Source of the DNA: Podarcis gaigeae | Lineage: Eukaryota | Assembly (NCBI GenBank): GCA_964106915.2 | Contig: OZ066922.1 | Reading direction: 5' to 3' (one strand) | Length of the DNA: 64,000 bases | Shown here: piece by piece, positions 38,851-51,153 of the stretch | How the letters are laid out: every line of letters begins with the position of its first letter | Position numbering within the stretch: the stretch's first letter is position 1 | Notes under the pieces: generated by a model | Seen by the model: only the letters and a program-made list of their open reading frames with translations | Databases searched by the model: none | What the model was told of the DNA's origin: nothing | Position numbers and translations under genes: made by a program

Positions 38851-40262
38851 ATGAAAGCGGTCCCACATCAACAAATAAATCTACTTATATATTCACATAC
38901 TTTAAAAGCAAGTTCTTTGCATTTCCCCCTGTATTTTCTGAAGGCAGAATAAACATGTAGGAATGGAAAAATGTTATTTGATAAAATGTAACTATAAATA
39001 TTTAGGGGGGGAGTGTAAACATTATATGATGCAACAAATTGAACCATAACAGTAAGTAATCCATAGACTATAAGAATTTATTTCTTTCATCCACCTATTC
39101 TTTACTTTTGCATCAAGATTATTTGCATGTGCATATCAAAATAAGAATTTAAACCAAGCCTAAAGGTGTCAGAAATATTATTCGAGAACGATTCAAATGA
39201 CACACAATGAGAATAAGACTGCCATTATTCTATTTGTCTATCTGGAAATCATTTTACATCCATGACCACAACACACAAGAGATCAAGGTCCACAATGCTA
39301 TACCTGCTTATCTGAAAGTATTGTAGAACTTCATGGGGTTTAACAAACATGCACAGGATTGGACTGCAAGATTGACTATTACAGATGTTACACACTACAT
39401 ACACACTGATCAAAGCGAAATGGAAACTACGCTGTAGAAGGTTTTGTGACAATTATTATTTAAAGACAATTGAAAGCCTTCTGCTGGTAACAATGAACAA
39501 TCAAATAATACCCTTCTTTTTTGGTACAGTCAAGCACTCAAAGCTACTGTGAAACAGGATTGGACAGAACATTCCATCTCATATGAGAATTAGTTTCTTA
39601 CCGGCAGTTAGAAAAAAGGTTTTGTGGGGTTTGGGTTTTTTTGCAACAAGCTGCTAGAAACAAGTCTGTGGGGGGCCCACACTTCTTTATAAAACACATT
39701 TATTTTATTTCTAAATAAGGGCTAGTCTTAAGAAAGCACTCTTAAGATACCAGCATGGCCAAAAAGAAAAAGGAAATAAAAATGGCAAAGCTATTTTATT
39801 ATAAATTTATGTTCCAGACTGCTTTCTAGAGCTGAATAAGGTCATTTTTCTGCTGGTCTCTAAAATAACTTCATTTAAACTTTAAAGTGTTAGATGAAAG
39901 GGGATGACATTGCTTTTCTGCTTACTCATATTTTCCCCAGGAAGTAAAACATAATATAACCTCACCTTTTGACAAAGTAGGATTGTAGCTGTACTGCTTA
40001 AAATCCTATCATTTTACAGCTTGTTGGAGAATTGTTTTCCTAGTGACTATATAAAAGCAAAAGGCTTTTCTGTACTGTACAGTTACTTCCACAGTTTCAA
40101 TGTAAATAATTAGAAATGAAAACTCAAAATTTATGGTTGTATCATATGAAGCTTTTAAATGACTCTTAAGCAATATATTTATTATATTAATGCATTTTGG
40201 GGGAAGTGCTGAAAAATTATTCCAGTGTTATGACACAGGAATGCAAATTATTATAAATCAAA

Positions 40263-40312
40263 ATATTATTATTATTACTTGTACCCCACCCATATGACTG
40301 GGCTACCCCAGC
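40263..40312 (-). mobile_element. L2-type 3' tail fragment
   Basis: (att)n followed by taccccacccat..ccccagcca. Confidence 0.55.
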
Positions 40313-40583
40313 CATGAACATGGCAACCTTAGATTACAGGCACATGAAATGAATTACACTATCCAGATTTAAATTTTTATTTTCTATGATTTTAAAATAA
40401 TTTTAACAGCAGCTACTGGGGCTTTCTTTGATGACTACGCAGCCAGCTTCAAGGGTGTCCTGAGACATGCACTGGCCAGTTCCAGATCAGCTTACCTTCA
40501 CAGATAGACACTGACACATTGGGCAACTTTAGAACACTCCATTGAGAAATGTAAGGCAGTCTTTCTGGCTTCTACTGCTTATA

Positions 40584-40927
40584 AAGGTAAAGGGACCCCT
40601 GACAGTTAAGTCCAGTCGCGAACGACTCTGGGGTTGGGGTGCTCATCTTGCTTTACTGCCCAAGGGATCTGGCGTTTGTCCACAGACAGTTTTTCCGGGT
40701 CATGTGGCCAGCATGACTAAGCCGCTTCTGGCGAAACCAGAGCAGCGCACGGAAATGCTGTTCAACTTCCCACCGGAGCAGCACCTATTTATCTACTTAC
40801 AATTTGATGTGCTTTCGAACTGCTAGGTTGGCAGGAGCTGAGACCAAGCAACGGGAGCTCACCCCGTTGCGGGGATTCGAACCACCAAGGCTCAGTGGCT
40901 TAGACCACAGTGCCACCCGCGTCCCTG
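40584..40927 (-). mobile_element. Sauria SINE, full length with TSD
   Basis: Head to (ACCTTT) tail; 11-bp TSD TACTGCTTATA (40573-40583, 40928-40938); ~20-bp deletion in the head. Confidence 0.95.
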
Positions 40928-40975
40928 TACTGCTTATAGCAAACAGCAAAAGCAAAGATGCTGCTATAGAGAGGA

Positions 40976-41040
40976 ATAATAATAATAATATATTATTTTT
41001 ACCCCACCCATCTGGGTGGGTTTCCCCAGCCATTCTGGGG
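40976..41040 (-). mobile_element. L2-type 3' tail fragment
   Basis: taccccacccatctgggtgggtttccccagccattctggg next to an (AAT)n tract. Confidence 0.6.
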
Positions 41041-41205
41041 AAAAGATTAAAAGTACAATGGCAAAGATGAACCAAAGAAACCCCAATCCTCCAAAAGAAA
41101 GATCAGAGAGAAAATGCCTTCTCCTTTTCTCCAGTGGGAATGTTCTGTGAGCAGAGTTTCAATTATGATAAGTCTGGAGCAAATGCTCCAAGGACAAAAA
41201 TAATA

Positions 41206-41461
41206 CAGTCATACCTCGGGATAAATACGCTTCAGGATAAGTATTTTCGGGTTGCGCTCCACGGCAACCCGGAAGTAACGGAGCGCGTTACTTCTGGGTT
41301 TCGCCGCTCACGCATGTGCAGTCAAAATGACGTCACGCACATGGGCGGAAGCGGTGAAACGCGACCCGCGCACACGCAGACACGCTGTCGTGTCTTGCGT
41401 TCCGTTCAGGATGCGAACGGGGCTCCAGAATGGATCCCGTTCACATCCCGAGGTACCACTG
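41206..41461. mobile_element. Tc1/mariner MITE with CpG-rich interior
   Basis: TIRs cagtcatacctcgggat / atcccgaggtaccactg, TA TSD. Confidence 0.88.
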
Positions 41462-41534
41462 TATAGAAAATAATTGTGCATATGGGTCTGTGCGTATGAA
41501 AATTTAGAGGAAAGCTATATAATTGATTTAACAG

Positions 41535-41621
41535 TACGATCCTATACATGTTAACTCAAAAGTAACTTGTATTGGCTTCAACAGAGCTTACTCTCAGGTA
41601 ACTGGATGAAGGATTGCAGCC
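41535..41621. mobile_element. Short palindromic MITE
   Basis: gatcctatacatgttaactcaaaagtaa..aggattgcagcc. Confidence 0.55.
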
Positions 41622-42637
41622 TAAATTATCTATTCTTTGTACATAAACCAAGCAAGCCTGCCACCTATTATGCATCTACCAGGAAACTACCATACAAATG
41701 TGCTGTTATAAGAGAAGTGAAACCAGCAGTTTCAGATAATTTAATTAAGTCATGGGTCTTCTAATATAATTCAGTAAGAATGTGAACTTTTAACTTGTGT
41801 TAACTCAATTTCCTTATGCTTTCATTTACCATTTGTTGGGGACATTATAATGATTAGCCAAAGTCCTTCCAGCTCTTAATGTTCGCAATAAATTCTGATT
41901 GAAATTGACTGTCATTTTCTTGCTATAATAAAGTAGGTATCTGACATCTCAAAAAGAACCAGCGATAGGTTATTACATACTTTTGAAGCGACCTGTCCTA
42001 TCACATAGCATCAACACAAAACTAGTCTTAAGAGCTCCAGTGGGAAAGCGGAAGTGCACAGGCAAAGTCACACTTCTGCTTAAAAAAACCAAACCTGCAG
42101 TGATAATGTGGGCCTGTAGTATCACAAGTTAAATGACACTACTTTCACATTTAATTGTTCTACTACTGAAGTTACTACAAGTTTCTGAACACTGTGGGTG
42201 AAAACAAGTTGTTCAGCTTGTCAGCACAGGAAACCTACTGTGAAGAGCTACAAAAGCAACAGCTGTGTTATATTCCAGTTGAGTTCAAAGGCAACAGTGA
42301 CTCGAGTGGTTTGGCTGCAAATCTAATTCCAACACTTCTCTGTTCAGATAACTTAACTGGTAAATCACACAATCTGAAACTGAAAGCCCTGGAAGCCCAT
42401 GTTTATATGTTACAAAGCTTCCCCAATTTATGCTAATTCTTATCTAGTACAACCCTTGTCTTTGTGGATCAATGTTAAGCTGCACTCATCGGTATTAATT
42501 TAACTCACGCGTCACTAACACAGCACCCATGGATGCCCATGCGCCGGCAGAAGCCCTCCCTGGAACTCGCAGCACTCCACCCCCGAAATCAGATTTAAAA
42601 GAAACATTTTATTACAACCAATACAACAGTTTATGGT

Positions 42638-42817
42638 TAGGGTTGCCATATTCCAAAAATATCCTTTGATTTTTTTCAGAATTTATTTATAAAAAGTAGG
42701 CCAACTTGCCACATGTTTCCAGAACATTTTGCTAATTCAGCAAAAATCCACCCAGATGCCATTTTTCTGAGCTTTTCTCAGATGTGCCCAGGTGAACCCA
42801 GATGTATGGCATTCCTA
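42638..42817. mobile_element. hAT MITE
   Basis: TIRs tagggttgccata / tatggcattccta; degenerate 8-bp TSD tttatggt / gttgtggt. Confidence 0.7.
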
Positions 42818-45024
42818 GTTGTGGTGTACATATTGTGTATATTGCAAAGTTCCACAGGCCCAAAAAGGTTGGTAACCTCTTATTTACCCAATTAACAATA
42901 AACTTTGAACTGTGGAAAATGTCTCTCTCCAAATTCTCCAGTTTAATGTCATGCTTATCAGTGTTGCAGAAATGTTCAGACTATTTCTGTAAGACAAACT
43001 GTGTATCTGAAACTAGTACCTTGAAAACAGCTACCTGAGGCAGGATATTTCATGCTGCCTAGGGGTAGAAAAGTCCTGGTACCCACAAAGACAAGGCACA
43101 CTACAAAGAATGCACATTTATTTTAAAGCATTTTTTACATGACAGCAGCTTATAGAGCATTTTTTTTAAAAGCATACCTGTCTAGGAGGGCAAATTCAAA
43201 TGACTAGATAATTGGGTCATACAGACAATGATAGACTCGTGAACTTTTTCTCTGCCTGCTACTGCCTGTTAAAGGTGGGAGAACTACCACTTTTCTCATT
43301 GGGGGAAGGAATGTATAACTGAACACTGTGCAAAATTAAGTTGTAATTTGGTAATATCATCATCATCATAATACATGTGTCACATAATACAAATGACCAC
43401 ATATTTCAGTTCTGGTGTCTCTATCTATATTTTTTACTCTTTTCAGTCTGTTTTGTTACTACCTTCTTGCTAAATATTCTTAAAAACCTAAATCATTCCC
43501 TGAAGAGCAGCTAGAGCTGGACCTCTGGATCAAAGTCTAGGACCACATGGGCCAGGGCAAAGGACCACCCAGAGAGCAGCAAATGTTGTGGCAGCAACCA
43601 AAGAGGCCCAGCATCACCACCTTAGTCAACATGCATGCACTGCAGCTGATGCTGGTCACAGAAGCATTCTTTCCTCTTATTGTTATTTATAATTATAGGC
43701 AGGGGGCACCAAGCCAGCAGGCATGTATATGGTTACAGATGTTTTATATATATAGCTACACATGTTCTCTTTAAAGACACATGACACTGGTGGCTATTAC
43801 TAATGGTTTCCTTCCTCGTCTGTTATTTTTATTTGCTCAGTTGACAACAGATAGTAAAAAAAATAAAATCATAATCATTAATCAAACTCACCTTAGTAAA
43901 AATCTATTTAATTTAGTTTAATTACATTTCTATTAGCCCAGTTCATAAGACCATACAGTTAATCATCCCTATCTATTCTATTTATATACCACCTGTCTGC
44001 CAATGTGGTTTACATCTCTGCCAGGTTTGTGTTAGCAATGGACTGCAGTATTAGGACCTTCATGAGAACCATCAAATTTATTAAATAGAATTGACCCAAA
44101 GCATGATCCCCAAGAATCTTATCTGATGACTTCTATGTAATCTAAAGGTTTATTTTCAAAAACAATCCTTTGTCATCTTTCACCTGTCAACCACAGTTTT
44201 TTGAAGGTCAGATAGGTTAGGTCATCTGCATTTCCTATAAACACATTTTCTTGATAAAGATTAGCCAAGCAAAATCTAGCTTTACTGAATCTATACTACC
44301 TTACATTCAGCTGCTGTTTTCTTCCACATATTTATTCAATATTTGATCTCGTGCTCTATATGCCACTGTAGTCAAATTAACAGTTCTGTATAAAGCTTGT
44401 TATGCTTTCCATTTAAAGCATCTAACATATACTCCACAAGAATGCTTGTTTTTAAATTGCTTGCTCTCTCAGAATAATTAAACCAAAATTATCAGCTCTG
44501 TGTTTATCTCATTAAAGTGCAACTCAAAAACACAGTATCAAGTTAATTCATTGGTAGGATTTGGTGTTAAATAGTATTCCATCTATAATCCCATTTCAAT
44601 AAAGTACTGGAAACATTTACTCACCTTTGCATTTGTAAATTTGCAAAGCTGAGTGCTCACAAGAATGAAGAAGGCAGACGAGAAAGAGGTCTGAATTCAT
44701 GCACATCAATGTATGCCAACAGTTCCTAAAGAAGGATTGGAGTTCATGTAAGCCGGTCATCCAGCCAAGATTTTATCTGTGCATTGAGTCCTCATTTTGA
44801 GAAGCTGATGGAATTTTTTTGGCTCAGAGCACAAATAAAGAGATAAAAGTAAAGTCTTATAGTAGAGGATGGTTGGGCAAAATTGGACAATGCTCTTGAG
44901 CTTCATCCTTAATCTCTTTCCATGCACCTTAGTTCTGCCAAACTTTAGATGCCAAAGGTGATTCTTATATTTTCAGGCACTCCCATAGGACACCATCAGA
45001 GAATAATGCAATGCTGGTTGAGGC

Positions 45025-45105
45025 TGGGATGCTATACTCACTTACCTGTGAGTAAGCACTAATGAACTCACTGGGTAACTTCTGAGTAAACATGTATAGG
45101 ATAAT
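45025..45105. mobile_element. Short palindromic MITE
   Basis: atgctatactcacttacctgtgagtaag..ttctgagtaaacatgtataggat. Confidence 0.6.
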
Positions 45106-45408
45106 GTTGTCAAGAACTCCTCCTCCCAAATACCCTAATCAGAACACAAATGTTGAATTGTTCTTTCAAGACTACACTGGGAAAATGGAATGGTTATTCA
45201 GTTTAAAGAAACATAGAGAGTGAGAGAGAGAATACAATAGAAGCAGAAGCCCTCATTTTGCTGCTGGATCTAATATTTAAGTTCTTTAGGTTTCTGCAAA
45301 AAGTGTTTGATAATCCTAAAATGTAGCAAATGATTGTATGCATATGAAATTTAGCACCATTTATTCAAACACACACATTTATTTGTTTTAAGTATTCAAT
45401 TTATTTGT

Positions 45409-45479
45409 TTCCTGCTTGGCAGGGGGTTGGACTCGATGGCCCTTGTGGTCTCTTCCAACTCTATGATTCTATGATTCTA
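45409..45479 (+). mobile_element. CR1 LINE 3' end
   Basis: ggggttggactcgatggcc..ttccaactctatgattctatgattcta, the CR1 terminus with (ATTCTATG)n. Confidence 0.9.
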
Positions 45480-45862
45480 AGTACCAACAACAACAAAGGG
45501 ACTTACGAGAGAAAAAAATCCTACAATTATATAAAGTACAAAAATAAAATAAAAACCTCAATAAAATGTTTGTTAGAAAAGTCATTGTAAGGAGAAATAC
45601 CTGTCCTCGCTCCCACCCAAAACACGACAATAAGCGCACTTACTGATGAGTAAGGAAGTGATATTTTTTATTAAAGCAGCTTAATGTTTCAGACTCAGAG
45701 GCATGAAAGAGCAAGATACAGCCCAGAAGCTCTCATAAAGGGTAACAAGAATTTCAAGGCCACATGAGAGCTGTTAAGTTGTTAAGTTGTTACAACAAAT
45801 ATGTCCGCCTACCTGCCCAGCTAGACATCTTCCTAGTCCACACATGTGAGTATTAGCTCTTT

Positions 45863-45937
45863 TAAGCAAGATGAGCGCTCAACCCCAGAGTCATCTGCGA
45901 CTGGACCTTATGGTCAGGGGTACGTTTACCTTTTTAC
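45863..45937 (+). mobile_element. Sauria SINE 3' fragment
   Basis: gcaagatgagcgctcaaccccagagtc..ggtcagggg..tttaccttt. Confidence 0.85.
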
Positions 45938-46504
45938 AGTTACCGTACTTATAACACTGTTTCCTGATCAGTCTGTTCAGATCCTGCTGTGTATTTTTTC
46001 TGAGGGAACCAACCAAATAGAACAGGTGGCTAGATGTATTAATGTAGCCAGTTCTTACCTTGTCTTCCTTTCCTTCACTTTTAATCGTTTCACAGAGACT
46101 GAAATTCTGTTTTTTGTATTCATGGTTGTGTGAACCATGAACTAGGCCCCAAAGCTCATTTCCAGCAGCTGATGAAACAAAAGGCTCCACATACTCCTAT
46201 TTCCTGACAGCATGAGAAGAAGAGCTACATCATAATTGATGGAAGCCCCACACAAAGCACATTACAACAGTCAAGCCAGGAAGTTACAAGAAAATGAATG
46301 AAAAGCTGAATAGAGATATTTATGTGTCAATAGCTTATGTGATATCTGTTTATATTTGTACTGTGGATTTGTACTGTGTCAATCATTTTGTTATAGAAGC
46401 CTTTTATGTGTAACGGATTAAGACTTTTCTTGATAAAAATACAGGTGTGCTTCATAGGCATACATAACATGACATTATTTATGTCAGCATGTTAAAGCAT
46501 ATTT

Positions 46505-47208
46505 GGGGTGTATGCAGTGTTAGGGGAGAGGTAGTACTTCTGGTGGAGAATATGGCATGCTCTATCTGGGGTAGTTTGAACACTTTTGGTCCCCACCTTG
46601 CATTCAGTTCTCACCTCTGACTCCTAGGAGCTGTCAACATGTGACAGTGGCCACATCCCGGGAATGGCTTCAACTGGCCAGCTAAGCCAAGTGAGAGTAG
46701 CTGATGGGTTTCAAACCCTGAGTGAGTTAGGAATTTCCCCTGCATGTGAAAAAAGGCTCCAGTGTATTGAGCGGACGAGACCAATAGTCTGTCCAACAGT
46801 CAAGAAGGTGGTTTCTGCGCGTGCCATAGGGAGAAGTGAGGGGCAAATGAGGCTCATCTAGGAAAAAAGAAAACTCTGATCCTAAAACCTTACTGCCTTG
46901 CGGGAGTAAAGCCCTACACAAATCTGGAATTAAGTCCCTAAGGCAGTGGGATGGGGCCGTGTACGCCTTCTTCTTGCAACTCCCACAGTCAAGCTGGTGC
47001 CAAACATATTGCTCTGATTTCCTTGGGTCCCCATGAGCGTGGCTGAAATGGGGGAGGGGGTCTTGTCATCTGGACCACCCAGGACCTCCATACACACTGC
47101 CCAGGCTTGTGCCCTGGGAAGGTCACTTTGCTGCTGCTAACACAGTGGTTTGACTTCACCGTCGGAGGCGAACCCCATTGTCTCTCGAGATAGACAAATG
47201 CCAACAAA
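46505..47208 (+). mobile_element. Non-autonomous RTE-related retroposon, copy 2 (complete, with TSD)
   Basis: Starts GGGG, ends gccaacaaa; 12-bp TSD TAAAGCATATTT (46493-46504, 47209-47220); catctagga..aaactctgatcctaaaacc..ctgccttgcgg motif resembles RTE 5' regions. Confidence 0.85.
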
Positions 47209-48089
47209 TAAAGCATATTTTCACTAACATCTGACACATTATACATAAAGAGAAAGGAAAGGAGAGTGAATTTTAAAGCACTAATACTGAAAATGGCTCA
47301 GTTCAGATATGTTACAGATTGATTTATAATTAATACCCAGCTAGGTATTACCTTTACCTTAGGTATTAACAGCACAAGAAGCACCACTCACTGAAGTGGA
47401 TGAGAGAAGCTTCTGATCATGTGTGCAACAGAGTGCATTAAAGGGTCTGGTCTTTGTCTTAGAGCAGGGATTTACAATATCTGTTACAAATCAGCAGGAT
47501 TTTATAAAGCAACTGTAAGAAATAATTCTGACCCATCTTAATTGGACAGTAGGATATGCCTGAATGGAACAGCAAATGCAGCCTAATGCTGATATATGCA
47601 AAAATCAGATTTGCATTTTTTACTTAAGGAAAGCTCATTACCAATGCTACATTTCAAGCAAATAAGAACTGTGAGTACTCAACAAAGCTCAGTTTTAAAG
47701 TTTTTAAATTTTGTATAAAGAATTGGAGACAGCCTTATATTGTGTGTAGAAAGAGCCATCTAATTAAAACTGATTGTGCTAACTGGATCTTCAGTGTGGA
47801 ATTATGTAACATGCATTCAACACGCCTATTATCAATATCTTGTTGGTTCAGAAAGAAAAACATTCTGATGTATTAGTGCTTATGGGCTTTGTTGGCCTGG
47901 TTTGGATGATGATATCTTTGCTCAAGATACAAATTCATGGGATAGCTCATCTCCCTTCTTCAGCTTCCTGCAAGTCTTCAATTAACTACAGGTAGGGAAG
48001 GAGGAATGGTGACTTAGCAACTTAGGTCTACTGCAGGACTTCAATTTTGTCCCTTTGCTCCCTTCTTTTTTCTTTAAAAACGCTTTGAG

Positions 48090-48225
48090 CAGTGTTCAAT
48101 GCTAGTCCTATTCACAGCAGACCCACTGAAGTTAATGGACACGACTAATTAAGGTGCATTAATTTCAGTAGGTTCATTAATTTCAGTGGGTCTGCTCTGA
48201 GTAGGACTTAAGTTGAATGCAACCC
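48090..48225. mobile_element. Palindromic MITE
   Basis: agtcctattcacagcagacccactgaagttaatg / cattaatttcagtgggtctgctctgagtaggact. Confidence 0.75.
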
Positions 48226-48324
48226 TTCGCTTGTGTAGTGGTGGTAAGCACTGTCATAATTCTAATACTTATCAAGGAGATAAAGAACTATACAACTTTT
48301 AGAAGACACATGAAGGCAGCCATG

Positions 48325-48425
48325 TATCGGGATGTTTTCAATGCTTGATGTTTTACTATGTTTTTATATATGCTGTAAGCCACCCAGAGTGGGCGGAGTA
48401 TTAATAATCAACATCATCATCATCC
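48325..48425 (+). mobile_element. L2-type 3' tail
   Basis: tgtaagccacccagagtgggcggagtattaataa followed by (atc)n. Confidence 0.6.
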
Positions 48426-49007
48426 TGTGACCTAGAGACCTTGCAGTGCATAGTGGACGACTCTGATAAGGATGAGGTTCAGGCTGCTTCCTTGGGAGCG
48501 GAACCACCAGTACCTTATTCATGGCCCTTCCAACTGGAGGACATACATCTCATCCTCTGAATGAGATAATGGCTACCCCTGGGGTATCTCTGTCTCCTCA
48601 GCCTTAAGAAGTCAAATACTACAAAAAAATAGTGAAGAACTTTTAACTAACCATTCAGTTCCTCCAGGGAAGCAGAACCTACCATACTACAGGTCTGGTC
48701 AGCATACATAAAGCTTCAGTTGTCTCTAGCTGCCTGCAAAGACAACAGCTACTGTAATAGTTGCCTTAGCAGGGCCCTTTGGAGCTGGTCCAGGTCCTTT
48801 GTGTTCTCTGTTTGTCTTAGATTGAACACTGCCTACTTTCCCTGTGAGCCTCAAGCTCCCAAAGACTAGGGCATAATGCAAAGGGCAGACCCCAGTCACC
48901 CACCATCTTAATTTACCCAGAGGCTTCTGCACATATACTTTACTATAAATAACCTTTATAAACTGGGGAATTGTCTCTTTCTTTATATTTCAGTTATGAC
49001 TGTCACA
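48426..49007. mobile_element. Probable solo LTR
   Basis: TGTGAC...GTCACA inverted termini, AT-rich 3' part; TSD not clean. Confidence 0.5.
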
Positions 49008-49135
49008 TGATCCTCATATAGAGGACTAAGGAATAAACTTGATTACTGATTTGGGGACTTTCAGTGAAGGCTTAGGTGTGGCAATGGATCAGGCAATCTC
49101 CCTGGGCCACATTTCCACAACTTGTACAACCAAAG

Positions 49136-49570
49136 TGTCAGGGAACTGCCATCAGTGCCGGAAGGAGAGAGCAAAATCCAGAGGGATTCCAGAGAGCATT
49201 CCGGGATTGGGAGAGGCAGCCCCTCTTCTGGCGAAGAGAATCAGCGTAGCACCAGTGGAGAAGGGAGGCAGATGGGGGAAGCGGCAAGGCGGTCCCATGA
49301 CTCCTTGCCGGGGACCAGCGGGGAGAGTAGAGGTGCTCCACTGCCCACGCCCTCCTTGCGCAGAAGGCTTTCGCGCAGAGAGAGTAGGAGGAGACTAGGT
49401 GTCAAAGAGCTTCTTTGCTGGAAGAAGTTTAAGAAACGCCCACTGATGGATTCTGCCAGCGATTGAGAGAGCCACGGGTGAGTGGCTGTCCGGACAGAAA
49501 AGGTTCACTCAGGCAATGCAGCCAGGTGTTTGCACCGGCTTACGCACGAGCAACCCCTAGAACCATCACA
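49136..49570 (+). mobile_element. Solo LTR (Gypsy-like)
   Basis: TGT...ACA termini, perfect 5-bp TSD CAAAG (49131-49135, 49571-49575), CpG-rich. Confidence 0.85.
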
Positions 49571-49611
49571 CAAAGAAATGAAGAGGTGTTTTATTTTAAC
49601 TTTTTTTTTTA

Positions 49612-50074
49612 AGGTCACTAGCATCACTAGCATCTTACACAAGGGTTTGGTTCTGGGGGTTCACATACATAGACAAAAACAAAATGCATAAAGTCAGGAA
49701 CCTCCAGAACCTTCCATCCTGCAAGGTGGAGGCTTTGGGAAGGTGGCACGAGGGTTCTGGCAGTGTCCCAGAGCCCTTCCTCCACCTTCCCAAAGTTTAG
49801 TACGGTAAACTCTTGCCCAGCTTTGGGAAGCAGGTGGGAGGGCTTGCACCATCCCCCAACGCCCAGCTTCTCACTTACCCAGCTTTGGGATGGCAGTGTG
49901 AGGGTTCTTGGATGCAGTCACAGCTTTGCATCGGTGAAGCGGATAATAAATGGAGAGTAGATTTCCTCCACATTCTTTTTATTTAATTATTTACTTACTT
50001 GCTTACTTACTAACCACAACCGGCACAAAGCTGCAATCACGTAAGTAAAATAAGTGTAAAATGCAAGTTATGTG
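49612..50074. mobile_element. Tigger-like non-autonomous DNA transposon
   Basis: Homologous to 58673-59083 (gaaggtggca..ctggcagtgtccca..cccagctttggga; gtaagt..gcaagtta end). Confidence 0.6.
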
Positions 50075-51153
50075 TATGCGACATTGTCTTGTACAGAAAT
50101 AAAAAGAAATCCGTAACACTTTGTGAGATAATGAAGATCCCAATTTAAAATGTATATTATTTTGGAAATAACTATTTTATTTTATTTTTATAGCAGATAT
50201 AAGGTGGCCTTTGTCCACAAACTGGAATCTAATCTTTGCCAAGAATCCAAAACTTTGCAAAAACACTTGACTTGAGTTCAAATTGGATGGATCTTCTTGA
50301 TGGAACTCATCTCAAAATCTCTTGGAACCCAAAGCATCTATGCAAAACTATTAATCTCAGAATGTGTCTAAACACCATCCTGGAGACAGGCTGCAATTTA
50401 CAGTTCTCTGTGACAGACAAATAACTCTTGGAGCGCTGTCATTTAACCCCAGTGATTTCTTTGGTAGTCATGGAAGAAAGGTTTTTATGCCACCATGTCA
50501 CAGAAGAGCTATAGAATCTGTCAACACTGTATAACTTTACATACAGAAATAATACTATGCATAGGCATTTCACTCATCAAGAAAGATATCAACAAGAAGG
50601 GGTTTTGATCAGTGCACTGACACACATTTAGTATTGGAAAATCTAGAGATGGAAAGTATATGGGGCTAATATGTCAAGTGTATGCCAGGATTTTGTTCTC
50701 TATACTTTAAATGAAAGAGGGCTCTCTCCCCTTTTACAAGTGCAGATAGGAGCTTTACTCTCTCAAGGCGTCTGACACACCTGTCTCATAGCAGCAATAC
50801 ACACCATAATGATCACTGTGTATTCATCAAATGCACACCTATCTTGCCAAAACTTCAAAGAGTCTTGAATGGTCAGGGTTCTGTCTATTTTAGAAAGGAA
50901 AATAGGAGAAAATATTTTGTCTCCTGGGGTATTTTTTCTGGTATTATCATGGATGAATCCTTTTGTGTTCACCATAGCATGTATAAACCTTGCTGTGCCA
51001 ATCCAAGCATCACTAATCCAAGCGAGCATTCTTAACAGCTCTAAGACATTCTTTTTGAGCTATGCCTTAATTTATTTGAGGATAAGCATTTGACACTTCA
51101 TATAATAATAGATCTCTAGATCTCTAAGGCCTTACATCTCTTGTCCTTACATA

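Noticed and set aside
44625-44725. Minus-strand exon with AAG|GTGAGT donor
   Set aside because: Similar donors occur by chance several times in the window; no other support
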